IMG/VR virus record: IMGVR_UViG_3300036770_008442
Coordinates: 32,001-96,000 of that record
Direction: 5' to 3' (one strand)
Length of the DNA: 64,000 bases
DNA from: a virus
The notes beneath the pieces were generated by a model that made no database searches, had not been told where the DNA came from, and was given only the letters and a program-made list of their open reading frames with translations. Positions 30,896-39,816 of this stretch are shown in pieces. Position numbers and translations under genes: made by a program. Each line of letters starts with the position of its first letter. Position 1 is the stretch's first letter.

Positions 30896-31234
30896 CTATT
30901 TTTCATCAATATGGATGGTATAGTCTATTTTTTCTTCTATTTCATTGTCTAAGAAATACCTTAGATTTTCAATGAAAGAAGAAGAAATATTCTTATAGAC
31001 CACCAAAATATCTTGAGTTTTAGTACTATATATTCCTTGTATAATTTTCCTCTGAACTGTATAGTTTATGACAAATTCGGACTCGGATGTCAAAAATTCT
31101 AAGCTATATCCGAGTTCTCTAATAATTTTACCAATATCTACTATAAAAAAAGAAGACTCTGGACAATGTTTTTTCTTAGCCTCTTTCGGGGAGCAATTAG
31201 TAAGAATAAATCTTATTTCCCTTGCTCCCTCCAT
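30896..31234 (-). CDS. Hypothetical protein
   Basis: 112-aa ORF in operon. Confidence 0.6.
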   Translation of the reverse strand: MEGAREIRFILTNCSPKEAKKKHCPESSFFIVDIGKIIRELGYSLEFLTSESEFVINYTVQRKIIQGIYSTKTQDILVVYKNISSSFIENLRYFLDNEIEEKIDYTIHIDEK

Positions 31235-31236
31235 TA

Positions 31237-31581
31237 TTAGGCAATCTTTTCTTTAGAATCTAGAAAATTATCAGAATCAGATCCCTGAGGTAAATCGGAA
31301 TTCTGTAAATAATTAGAACCTAAAAAATCAAAAGAAGATCCAGAAACATTTTCATTAGAGTTGATGAGACCGGAAATAGATTCTCCCTCTATTCTTTCAG
31401 TATTTTTTCTCTCAGATTCAAGTTCTAAATTTTTAATTCTTTCCAAATGTCCGAGATGTAAATATTTACCCATCTCTTGGGATCTTCTATATCTTTCCCT
31501 CTGCTGATCTAAAGTTTCTTCTTTCCCTAAATACCCCAACTTTTTAGCAAGTTGTCTTCTTTGTCTTCTAGATTCACTCAT
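31237..31581 (-). CDS. Hypothetical protein with basic N-terminus
   Basis: 114-aa ORF, SRRQRRQLAKKLG. Confidence 0.6.
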   Translation of the reverse strand: MSESRRQRRQLAKKLGYLGKEETLDQQRERYRRSQEMGKYLHLGHLERIKNLELESERKNTERIEGESISGLINSNENVSGSSFDFLGSNYLQNSDLPQGSDSDNFLDSKEKIA

Positions 31582-31592
31582 TTTAGAATTTT

Positions 31593-32153
31593 TTAAATTG
31601 TACTTGATTTCGAAGGAGACGTACTTTGTATATCTATCCCCAAAACATATTTGAAAAGTTTTAAGAAGAGACCAGGGATAAAAATATCTTTAGCTTTTAC
31701 GACATCATTGGCTGGAATAAACATAAATTCCATCTCCTGTTCTTTCTGACTACCGTCTGTAATAGGATCTCTCTTTTCTATATTCGTAACATCAACCGCA
31801 AAGCAAGGTTGTTCGTGTTGGACGAATTTAGACGAAGTTACAGATCCAAGATAATACCATCTTTTATTATCAGAAACCTCGAATCCAGCTTCCTCGAGCA
31901 ACTCTCTTTTGGCCGTTGTCAATAAATCAGGATCTTCGTCTTCAGTTGTTCCTGTAATCAGGGTAACAGAATATCCTTCATCCCTGAATGGATTTTTTTC
32001 TTTCAAAACACCAATTCCAAGTGGAAGTCCTTCCTCATCAGAAACAAAAGGCATAATGACAACATTGACAAAGAGAGGCATTACACCCACTTCATTATCG
32101 ATTTCTATTAAATGTATATTTGGCGCCTCATACAGAATTTTGCGTTGACTCAT
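31593..32153 (-). CDS. Nudix hydrolase
   Basis: Nudix box GTTEDEDPDLLTTAKRELLEEAGF. Confidence 0.85.
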   Translation of the reverse strand: MSQRKILYEAPNIHLIEIDNEVGVMPLFVNVVIMPFVSDEEGLPLGIGVLKEKNPFRDEGYSVTLITGTTEDEDPDLLTTAKRELLEEAGFEVSDNKRWYYLGSVTSSKFVQHEQPCFAVDVTNIEKRDPITDGSQKEQEMEFMFIPANDVVKAKDIFIPGLFLKLFKYVLGIDIQSTSPSKSSTI

Positions 32154-32781
32154 TTTGTTCTGCTATATTTTTGGTTGTTTTTTTCTTCTCATAATATGCT
32201 GCAATTGACTCAGCCAAAGCAGATCTGACGTCCTCCATATCAATTCCTTCCGTTACATAATCAATTATCTCCGAATCCGCATCTTCAAATGAACTGACTA
32301 GAACTTGATAAAGATTCTTCGTTGGAAGATTGATTTTTAGATTTAAAGAAACCTCTACCCAATTGGATTTTTGTTTTTTTAATAGTGTATATATCGGAGA
32401 TTCTTTGATCTCAGCTTTAGCAGAGGAAACATGATTTTTTCTAGTTTCTTGTTCTTCTATTAAATAATTATTGGGTAAAATAGCTGGAGAAGATATTGGG
32501 ATAATATCATCAGGAATAGGAATCGAGTATTGTTCCATGTACTCTTCTAGAATGTCTAGATTTATCCTTTTACCACTCCTGAAAAGAACATAGGTCATAC
32601 CCGTTGATTCGTCAATCTCAACATCTTTATATTTCTCAGATGATCCCATGCTTTCACCTTTGATCCAAAGAAAAGTTTTTTCGGAGAGATCCGACTTAAT
32701 TTCTTCTAAAGTTTTTTCCTTTATTTCCATATTTTTTTTTCTAGAGAAAATCGAATTTAACCATCTCATAAATTGAGACAT
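32128..32781 (-). CDS. Hypothetical protein
   Basis: 217-aa ORF; the true start may be the later MEIKEK. Confidence 0.6.
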   Translation of the reverse strand: MSQFMRWLNSIFSRKKNMEIKEKTLEEIKSDLSEKTFLWIKGESMGSSEKYKDVEIDESTGMTYVLFRSGKRINLDILEEYMEQYSIPIPDDIIPISSPAILPNNYLIEEQETRKNHVSSAKAEIKESPIYTLLKKQKSNWVEVSLNLKINLPTKNLYQVLVSSFEDADSEIIDYVTEGIDMEDVRSALAESIAAYYEKKKTTKNIAEQNESTQNSV

Positions 32782-32833
32782 TAAGAAATATTTTAGTCAC
32801 TATTCAGTAAAATAGTATCCAGGGGATTTAGAC

Positions 32834-32862
32834 TTTTATATTCGATAAAGAAATTAAGTTCC
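32834..32862 (-). promoter_or_regulatory. Variant of bipartite promoter (GGAACTT-N17-TAAAA)
   Basis: Same GG-to-TAAAA distance as the two exact copies at 54403 and 58862; intergenic. Confidence 0.4.
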
Positions 32863-32865
32863 GAT

Positions 32866-33792
32866 TTATCTCTTATAAAATTTAGATCTCGCATCAGAAT
32901 ACATTTCCTCTATGTGTTTTACCGGTATAGTATTCTTTAAAGCATCCATGACTTGAAGTATTTCCAGATGCTCTTTTTTATTTTTCTGTATATCTTCTTT
33001 AGAATTTGAATTATCCTTCCAGGTGTGATATTTCAATGATTTCAGCAGATAATCCACCAATTTTTTCTGGCCTGGTTCCGTATCTAAACCTAAACAAACC
33101 TGAACGAGATAAGAGTCCATGGGTGAAGATAGCATATCCCCTATCGAGTCATGAGAAGCCTCATACTTACAATGTTGGGTTTTATATTTACATAAAAAAT
33201 CCCCTCCTGTTTTATTGATTACGAGACATGGATGAACATCAGAGTCCTTTTTGAAAAAAGAAATTTTCTTAAACAGATTAAGATCATCTTTCTTCAGTAT
33301 CTCCACAAAATACCCATTTTCCAACTCGCATTCATAGGACTTTTGTCCGAGTCTATGGATTTTTTTTACCCTTGAATCTAGACCTAGTGTATCCAGTAAA
33401 ATTTCTAGATCGTCCGAAATTTGACTGAGCGGATCCTGAATTTTAGAAATTTTAGAAGTCAGATAATAATCAATGAAATCCTCAAATAATGCAGAGTTCC
33501 GATCGTCATTAAACCAATTCATATCGGTTTTTACTGTGATTACACTTTTGGAATCTAGATCTTTTTTAGATATGCATTTAGAAGGAATTGATATTTTTTG
33601 ATCCTTAAAATTAAAGGTCACATTTTCATCATCCTCGTCTAAAGAAATGCGGTCATTGTTCCCATTTTTGGAGACCTTGATCTTCAGGGTGCCATCAATA
33701 AATGGACCTAATATCCCGGCTTCCTTTTTCGAAAAAGAACCTAGTGATTCTTTTTTCTTAAAATTTAAAAAGTTAACTGCTTTGTTACTCAT
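32866..33792 (-). CDS. Hypothetical protein
   Basis: 308-aa ORF. Confidence 0.65.
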   Translation of the reverse strand: MSNKAVNFLNFKKKESLGSFSKKEAGILGPFIDGTLKIKVSKNGNNDRISLDEDDENVTFNFKDQKISIPSKCISKKDLDSKSVITVKTDMNWFNDDRNSALFEDFIDYYLTSKISKIQDPLSQISDDLEILLDTLGLDSRVKKIHRLGQKSYECELENGYFVEILKKDDLNLFKKISFFKKDSDVHPCLVINKTGGDFLCKYKTQHCKYEASHDSIGDMLSSPMDSYLVQVCLGLDTEPGQKKLVDYLLKSLKYHTWKDNSNSKEDIQKNKKEHLEILQVMDALKNTIPVKHIEEMYSDARSKFYKR

Positions 33793-34222
33793 TTTCCCCG
33801 AAAAATACGACTATATAAAAATCTTTTGGATTCATTGATTTTTTCATATCAATAGACAGTGAAACGGGATTGCTTGGAATAATTCTTTCCCCCTTTTTGC
33901 ACAAAACCAAAGATGGATCAATATTCTCGCCTGGAACTATATCAAACTCAAACTCTTTTGGTGGATCTGGATATTGATCACAATAAATTTCAATTTCTAT
34001 ATTCGATATTTTGAAGGATAAGTCCTGAATTCCCTCTTTGGATCTTTGAATACTAACTTGATATTCAATCTCACACTTAAGGTCATCGACGTCAGTCAAT
34101 TCGGGAGGTCTATTTGACAATTCAACATCCAAAAAAGAAAGATCACAAAAAAAAGTGTGATCACTCGAAAAGTTTTTATTTTTAGAAACGCTGTATGAAT
34201 TATAGTCCTGAATTCTAGCCAT
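33785..34222 (-). CDS. Hypothetical protein
   Basis: ATG 34222, preceded by the GATATATA motif. Confidence 0.6.
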   Translation of the reverse strand: MARIQDYNSYSVSKNKNFSSDHTFFCDLSFLDVELSNRPPELTDVDDLKCEIEYQVSIQRSKEGIQDLSFKISNIEIEIYCDQYPDPPKEFEFDIVPGENIDPSLVLCKKGERIIPSNPVSLSIDMKKSMNPKDFYIVVFFGENE

Positions 34223-34245
34223 CAAAAATCGGGTATTTTACTGCC

Positions 34246-34307
34246 TATATATCCAATAAAAAAATACTATTTCTTTCCAAATCGGATTTTCTAAATCTGA
34301 ATATATA
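34246..34307. promoter_or_regulatory. Divergent pair of late-promoter-like motifs
   Basis: GATATATA on minus (34246-34253) and AATATATA on plus (34300-34307), between divergent genes. Confidence 0.5.
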
Positions 34308-34316
34308 AAATAAAAT

Positions 34317-35054
34317 ATGCGTACCATGAAGGATTTAAAAGCAACATGGTTTATCGAAAATCCTATTGATCAAGAACATAAGCAATATCTGCTGCTTGAC
34401 TTTCTAAAGAGTGTTAATCAGGATATTTACGACGAAGACATTTACTATCCGATTAAAAGAATTTTTTCTATGATCAAGGAACTCACCTATTCTAGAATTC
34501 TAATTCAGGAAGGAAATGAAATTTCATCCAAAAAATTAAACAGAGAATTAGAAGCCATCAACAAATACATTCAGGAAGCAAACTTATCAACAGAGGAAAA
34601 AGAGGAATGTCTAAAAATCATCGAATCTTCCCTCTCAATTTTATACAAGTATGCAGAACTCGGAATGGAGTTATGGAAAAATATAGAGAAGAGAATCAGA
34701 ACTTATGATCTGCAAACAGCCAAAAAATCAGATCATCAAGAATATGGGATCTTGCTTTTTCGAAACATGGCTTCGGATAAAATTTATCCCTACTGGTGGC
34801 AAAAAGAGAAAACAAATTCAGGATCAAAGGGTGGAACCCTTTTAAAATATGTAGAAATTAAAAATCCATATTTTATATTATCCTATGAGTTCTGTGTTCA
34901 TGAAATTATCGAATCCATGGGATTAAAAGATAAAAGGGATCCAGTAATCACGATCATGGAGGTATATGAAGATTTCAATAAAGAATCTGTGATTTTGAAA
35001 ATAGCAAAAGAGCTATTCATAAGAAAAATATACCTCGAGGAGAATCAAAGATAA
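34317..35054 (+). CDS. Hypothetical protein (one of only two + strand genes)
   Basis: 245-aa ORF filling the gap between minus-strand genes. N-terminal WFIENPIDQEHKQYLLLDFL. Confidence 0.75.
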   Translation: MRTMKDLKATWFIENPIDQEHKQYLLLDFLKSVNQDIYDEDIYYPIKRIFSMIKELTYSRILIQEGNEISSKKLNRELEAINKYIQEANLSTEEKEECLKIIESSLSILYKYAELGMELWKNIEKRIRTYDLQTAKKSDHQEYGILLFRNMASDKIYPYWWQKEKTNSGSKGGTLLKYVEIKNPYFILSYEFCVHEIIESMGLKDKRDPVITIMEVYEDFNKESVILKIAKELFIRKIYLEENQR

Positions 35055-35056
35055 AT

Positions 35057-35725
35057 TTATTGGGATTCTTTCCAAACATTATCTATGAGTGAAAATCCTT
35101 GGTGTTGAACTGCTAATCTTTCTTTGATGATTGCAAATCTAGAATTTCCACTAGACCAAAAAGCCTCATTAAACCAAATATCAGGACTATCCCAAGATAA
35201 ATTTTCTAAAGCATTTAAAATAATCTGTCTAGAACTTTGGGGTATAACCACACAATGGGCCAGGATAATCTTGTTAGTGATGTAGAAATTCAGATTCTCC
35301 TGATCAAACTCTATATAAGGAGATTGTAAATGACCATTAACGTATCTCGATCCAAGAGAAAGATAATGCGCCTTCTTTTCATTCAAAAATTCCAAACCCT
35401 CCTTCAGTCTATTCACAAATTCATCATGGCTACATACTAGGATACAATCACATTCACAGAGTACTAAAGCTTCAATGTCCTCTGTAAAATTATCCAGGAT
35501 AGCCTTTTTAAAAGACTGAAATGCTCCATAATGACCCGGACCGTGATTAGTAAAAGGTGATTGAGTTACGGCAGGAATTTTTTTCCAATCTTCTCCAGAG
35601 TATCTTTGATTGATCTGTTGAATGTAATTAATACCCATATTTCCCAAAGGAGAAAGGGATTTAATAGATTCCTGTTCTCTCTCCGTGTCTACCTCCGTTA
35701 GAATATGAACCAGTTTTATATTCAT
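35057..35725 (-). CDS. Glycosyltransferase (GT25/GT-A-like), start moved to ATG 35725
   Basis: PGHYGAFQSFKKAI...ALVLCECDC...LAHCVVI...PDIWFN parallels GT25 motifs (GCxxSH, lIlEDD, haYii, pvD). The track's extension overlaps the tRNA-like element. Confidence 0.65.
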   Translation of the reverse strand: MNIKLVHILTEVDTEREQESIKSLSPLGNMGINYIQQINQRYSGEDWKKIPAVTQSPFTNHGPGHYGAFQSFKKAILDNFTEDIEALVLCECDCILVCSHDEFVNRLKEGLEFLNEKKAHYLSLGSRYVNGHLQSPYIEFDQENLNFYITNKIILAHCVVIPQSSRQIILNALENLSWDSPDIWFNEAFWSSGNSRFAIIKERLAVQHQGFSLIDNVWKESQ

Positions 35726-35742
35726 GATAACAATTAAAATTG

Positions 35743-35813
35743 ACAGGATAGCAGGATTCGAACCTGCATTTCTGCACACTTCACAGATGCGCTACCCATT
35801 GCGCTTTATCCCG
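35743..35813 (-). tRNA. tRNA-like element with non-canonical anticodon loop (nominal anticodon AGT; identity undetermined)
   Basis: CGGGATA-AA-GCGC-AATGGGTA-GCGC-A-TCTGT-GAAGTGT-GCAGA-AAT-GCAGG-TTCGAAT-CCTGC-TATCCTG-T. All four stems pair and the T loop is canonical, but it has A8, A33, a 3-nt variable loop and no CCA. Confidence 0.75.
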
Positions 35814-35850
35814 AAATAAGATTTGTAAAAATAGGATAATCGAATTCCAA

Positions 35851-36219
35851 TTAGAATTTGTTGGAATCAAATTCATTTAATCTAGAAATGAAGAACTCAT
35901 AAGATTCATTTTCCGAAGTGTCCATAGTGGCTCTCATCCCAGGATCAATATTAGTGCTTCCGACCCCGTTAATATAATTTCTTTCGCCAAAAGCATTATA
36001 TCCTGGAACCTGTATTCCGGCTTTTTCTGGTGAAAAAACAGCATCTGCATATCCAACCCAATCGTAAGCAGGCTCTCTCTTTATCTTATGTAATCCAGAT
36101 CTGCCCTCTGTACTTGTCTGATTTTCTTCAGAAAATGGTTTAAAATTTTCATCGTGGACTTTTTTTCTGAATTGATCAAAGTCTAATATTTCTCTTTTAG
36201 AAACGTCGTTTATATTCAT
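35851..36219 (-). CDS. Hypothetical protein, possible internal head protein
   Basis: ILDFDQF and ENES/RLNEF motifs. Confidence 0.6.
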   Translation of the reverse strand: MNINDVSKREILDFDQFRKKVHDENFKPFSEENQTSTEGRSGLHKIKREPAYDWVGYADAVFSPEKAGIQVPGYNAFGERNYINGVGSTNIDPGMRATMDTSENESYEFFISRLNEFDSNKF

Positions 36220-36231
36220 GACAAATTAAGA

Positions 36232-36885
36232 TTAAGTGAATGCTTTAGCTTCTTTTGCTCCCCCAGTAGATAAACTAGATAATCTAGATAGAAAATCATC
36301 CACCATATTACCCGATTTTTCAGATTGACCAGATTTAGACTGAAGAGCGCTTTCCATTTTAGACCTTTCTGATGGAGTAAGATTTTTAGCAAATTGATCC
36401 TGAGATTCTGGTTGAAACCCAGTAAAGGCTTCCAAATAAAATTTTTCTAGGGATTTTCTAAATTGTTCCCTTTTAACTTGATTACTAAATAATTCGGAGA
36501 TAGTTTTATAAATCAGCCCTTTATTATCGATCCCCAATTTTTCAGCTATTCCATCTAGACCCATTTCTACTAAAAATTCCATAGTTGCGTCTGCTGCTTT
36601 AGGAGCTAAATATCCAGCTTTAGCTTTACCCTGGAAGATAATTATGAAATAATCTGTTACTGGTATCTGCTCAATAAAATTCTGAACTAGTTTACTAAAA
36701 ATAGAATCTTCATTTATTCCTAGCATAGAAAGAAGATAAGCAGTAACCTTAGCCTTAAAAACATCTCCTATGGAAGTTGCAATAGAACTAAATCCAGATC
36801 CAATAGACCCAAAGAAATCCTTTAAGTCCTCATTCATATCAAGGGATCCGTTTTTATTTATACGAAATTCATGAAAAGTCATCAT
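36232..36885 (-). CDS. Hypothetical protein, possible internal head protein (start moved to ATG 36885)
   Basis: MMTFHEF...MNED tag; GATATATA 20 nt upstream. Confidence 0.65.
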   Translation of the reverse strand: MMTFHEFRINKNGSLDMNEDLKDFFGSIGSGFSSIATSIGDVFKAKVTAYLLSMLGINEDSIFSKLVQNFIEQIPVTDYFIIIFQGKAKAGYLAPKAADATMEFLVEMGLDGIAEKLGIDNKGLIYKTISELFSNQVKREQFRKSLEKFYLEAFTGFQPESQDQFAKNLTPSERSKMESALQSKSGQSEKSGNMVDDFLSRLSSLSTGGAKEAKAFT

Positions 36886-36905
36886 AGATGAATATCTTTT
36901 TCTCT

Positions 36906-36913
36906 TATATATC
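36906..36913 (-). promoter_or_regulatory. GATATATA late-promoter-like motif
   Basis: Intergenic copy. Confidence 0.6.
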
Positions 36914-36931
36914 AAAAGAAAATAGATTTAT

Positions 36932-38326
36932 TTAATCCATGAAAGAGTCAACTACTTTTTGTCTATAATTTATCTTGTCAATCTTTATATCTGGATTTTT
37001 TAGAGCTTCTTTATCACGATAAACTATCTCATGGGGTAGAAGAACGTCAAAAGTATCCTTCAGAATTTTTTTATTCTTTCTCCATTCTAAAGGAAGGTGT
37101 AAAGCAAATCTAACTATGTCTAAATTTAAAAAAGGATTACGTAGCTCAAGAGTGTGGGCCATTGAAAGTTTATCCAGTCTAGGCAAATGATAATAGCTCA
37201 GCTCGTCAAAAATATCTGATTTTTGGGAGTCATACTCGTTGATTCTTCTATATCCTCCAAAAAGTTCGTCTGATCCATCCCCGCTTAGAACTATTCGATA
37301 CCCTCCAAATTTTTTAACAGCTTCAAAAAGATAGTACTGAGGTATAACAGATCCAAGATCTATAGGTCCCTCGTTCCATTTTTTGTAAATCTCAGAGTTT
37401 TTCTCCTCTGTCATAGAGTAATCCAAAAAAGTAATCTCTCGGGAAAGTCTTGAAGCAAGAAGATTGACATATTCAGTCTCTCCATTTTCAATACTAAACC
37501 ATTTTACATCAGATCCAATCTGATCCAAAATGGATGCTATAATAGAAGAATCTAGTCCCCCGGAAACAAGAAGAGAGACGGGGAAATCCTTGGAAATAAG
37601 ACGATTTGAAACAGATTCAAACATTTTACCCCAGAGCCACTCCATGTGATCTTCATAGCTTGCCCCGATCAATTCCGAAATAGGATGATCAAATCCCTTA
37701 TAATATTCGGGATATTCCGTTTTAAATTCCGGGTAATCTAATTGGTAATAATAGAGAGTGTTTGGTAGAAATCTTTTGACCTCCTGGTATGTGGTTCGAT
37801 TGTTTGTGTTATATCCCCACTTTCTAATCTGTCCCATAGTCACTTGATCTATCTCGCTATTAGAACTAGTTAAGCCCTTAATCTCAGAACAGATCTCGCC
37901 TAAGTTATTGTAATATAAAGGTTTTTTGCCTAATGGATCGGTAAAGCAAATAACGCTATTATCCGTAGCATCATAGATAACGATTGCCCAAAAACCATCC
38001 CAGGTTTGGATTTCAGGCAAAAAGAGGGAGCAAAACATTTCAAAAGATCCGCCCCTATATCTAGAAAAAAGTTGATACAAATATTCACTATCTGACGAAA
38101 ATCTTTCCCTGTCATAGTTGAATATTTCACCATTGAATAGAAGAAATATTCCCTCTGAAATTTCAAAAGGCTGTTTCCATGAATCCCCATCCTTAGTTTG
38201 AATGGGAAGTCTGTGGTGACACAAATACCATTCATTTTTAGAGATTACATTTCTTTCTATTCCTCGATGACTAATTGAATTTAGGTTAGTCTCCGTTCCT
38301 GTTTGAGTGATTAATATTCCGCACAT
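36932..38326 (-). CDS. asnB: Asparagine synthetase B-like glutamine amidotransferase
   Basis: MCGI (Ntn Cys), HRG, HHRLPI, FNGEIFN, SGGLDSS, LSGDGSDELFGGY, DKLSMAHTLELRNPFL. Confidence 0.92.
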   Translation of the reverse strand: MCGILITQTGTETNLNSISHRGIERNVISKNEWYLCHHRLPIQTKDGDSWKQPFEISEGIFLLFNGEIFNYDRERFSSDSEYLYQLFSRYRGGSFEMFCSLFLPEIQTWDGFWAIVIYDATDNSVICFTDPLGKKPLYYNNLGEICSEIKGLTSSNSEIDQVTMGQIRKWGYNTNNRTTYQEVKRFLPNTLYYYQLDYPEFKTEYPEYYKGFDHPISELIGASYEDHMEWLWGKMFESVSNRLISKDFPVSLLVSGGLDSSIIASILDQIGSDVKWFSIENGETEYVNLLASRLSREITFLDYSMTEEKNSEIYKKWNEGPIDLGSVIPQYYLFEAVKKFGGYRIVLSGDGSDELFGGYRRINEYDSQKSDIFDELSYYHLPRLDKLSMAHTLELRNPFLNLDIVRFALHLPLEWRKNKKILKDTFDVLLPHEIVYRDKEALKNPDIKIDKINYRQKVVDSFMD

Positions 38327-38327
38327 A

Positions 38328-38864
38328 TTATAAATTCTCTAATTGCTTATAGACCTTGTAGTCAAAAGTGTTCTGAATTTCTTTGACCTTAATTTTATAA
38401 GAGGAAGATAGAGTCTGAATAAAATCATCCATGATATTTTTCTCATCCTGGAGACCATCTCTGAAATCCCAATTATCTTTATCCCTTTTGTTTTGATTTG
38501 GATTATTCCCTGTAACATAAACAATTTGGCAATTCTTTAAAAGACCCTGCTGGTTGATCATCTGAAGCTCGGAAAAAGCTTTGGCTTCGGAAATTCTGCC
38601 CGACATCACACCCCAAGTAAGAACTGTTAAAATTCCCCTATCCAAAATAAAATCAGGCAGAATACCATCCCTATTTAATTGAAGGAGCATAAGTTCTTTA
38701 CCCAGAGCAAAGTCATGTGTTCTCTCACCATTATCAGGTAATTTAAGAGAATTGAACCAGAAAGCAAAATCGAATTTAAAAACAGGAATTGCTTTTAAAA
38801 GAGAATATTTATCCACTAAAAAAGTTTTACCCGAGTTTCTGGGTCCTTCAAAGATTGTGATCAT
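38328..38864 (-). CDS. P-loop nucleoside monophosphate kinase (thymidylate kinase-like)
   Basis: ITIFEGPRNSGKT and ILDRG motifs. Confidence 0.75.
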   Translation of the reverse strand: MITIFEGPRNSGKTFLVDKYSLLKAIPVFKFDFAFWFNSLKLPDNGERTHDFALGKELMLLQLNRDGILPDFILDRGILTVLTWGVMSGRISEAKAFSELQMINQQGLLKNCQIVYVTGNNPNQNKRDKDNWDFRDGLQDEKNIMDDFIQTLSSSYKIKVKEIQNTFDYKVYKQLENL

Positions 38865-38876
38865 TAAATCTTTTGT

Positions 38877-39734
38877 TTAAATTCTTACAGCATAAGGAGA
38901 GATAGATTTCCACAATTCATGATTAAGCCAAACAGAAACAGATTCATCCTCTAGCCGTAGACGACGATCCTTAAAAACATATTTAGGAAAATCTGCAGGC
39001 AGATTTTTATCTAGGATGTGCTTATACATAAGGCATCCTAAAACCTGCTGCTCCGGACAGAGATGAGTAAAATCAGGATAGGGATTTGGATCAGGAAATT
39101 TGGTTAGAAGATTCTTATTTGAGCAGAGGTCCAGATATTCTTTAAAAAAAGATCTGGACCTTTGAGTATTTCGAATGAAAATCCGGCTAGAAGCTACTTC
39201 TCTGCATCTGGAAACTATTTCAGATTTTTGGGGATCTCCTATAATAAAATCTGTAGTGTATCTTTTTCCATGCATAGATATAAGAGGAACCCTATCTTCA
39301 TTATATTCAAAAGGAAAGAAGAAATCTGATTGATTAGAATCAAGTAAAAAATTTACAGTCTCTCTTATTTTGGGCCAATCTGTTTGCCAATATTGAGGGT
39401 ATTTAGAAAAGTTACAATCGTGATAAATTAATAAAGATCCCTCCGGGATTGTCTCCAAAGTTGTGTGAATAAGAAATGATTTAAAGTCTCCACATCCTAT
39501 CGAGCTTAATCCCGGATTCATAGGAAATTCATCGGGATAAGAATTACAAAATCCCTCAGATCCAGGAATAGATTTAAGTGTTCTGGGGGTGTGAATAAAG
39601 ATCTCGTCAAAATATTCCCCGAATAAAGATTTAAGATCGATAGAATTTTGAGATAGATTCAGTCCATTGTCAAAAGGAGGACCCTCCGTACAAAAAGTTA
39701 AAAAGTATATTTTCTCCATCCTATTTAAATTCAC
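38877..39734 (-). CDS. Putative glycosyltransferase-like protein
   Basis: FKSFLIHTTLETIPEGSLLIYHDC (WKP..I...l...gd.liY.D pattern) and EQQVLG resemble GT-A-type proteins. Confidence 0.5.
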   Translation of the reverse strand: MNLNRMEKIYFLTFCTEGPPFDNGLNLSQNSIDLKSLFGEYFDEIFIHTPRTLKSIPGSEGFCNSYPDEFPMNPGLSSIGCGDFKSFLIHTTLETIPEGSLLIYHDCNFSKYPQYWQTDWPKIRETVNFLLDSNQSDFFFPFEYNEDRVPLISMHGKRYTTDFIIGDPQKSEIVSRCREVASSRIFIRNTQRSRSFFKEYLDLCSNKNLLTKFPDPNPYPDFTHLCPEQQVLGCLMYKHILDKNLPADFPKYVFKDRRLRLEDESVSVWLNHELWKSISPYAVRI

Positions 39735-39767
39735 ATCCTTGTATCAAAATCCCCTAAAATATTTCAT

Positions 39768-39797
39768 AAAAAAAGCAGAAACGAATTCTGCTTTTTT
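39768..39797. terminator. Bidirectional intrinsic terminator
   Basis: AAAAAAGCAGAA-ACGAA-TTCTGCTTTTTT. Ends the operon that starts at 44458. Confidence 0.85.
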
Positions 39798-39816
39798 AAA
39801 ATTAGTATGGGGCCAT

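Noticed and set aside
32388-32395. Intragenic GATATATA copies at 32388 and 51182
   Set aside because: A few chance hits are expected in AT-rich DNA. They could drive downstream genes, but nothing else supports them.
34233-34267. 6-9 bp AT-rich arms flanking the promoter motifs at 34246, 36906 and 48331
   Set aside because: Similar geometry to the stronger promoter-in-hairpin cases but too weak and A/T-rich to call by eye.
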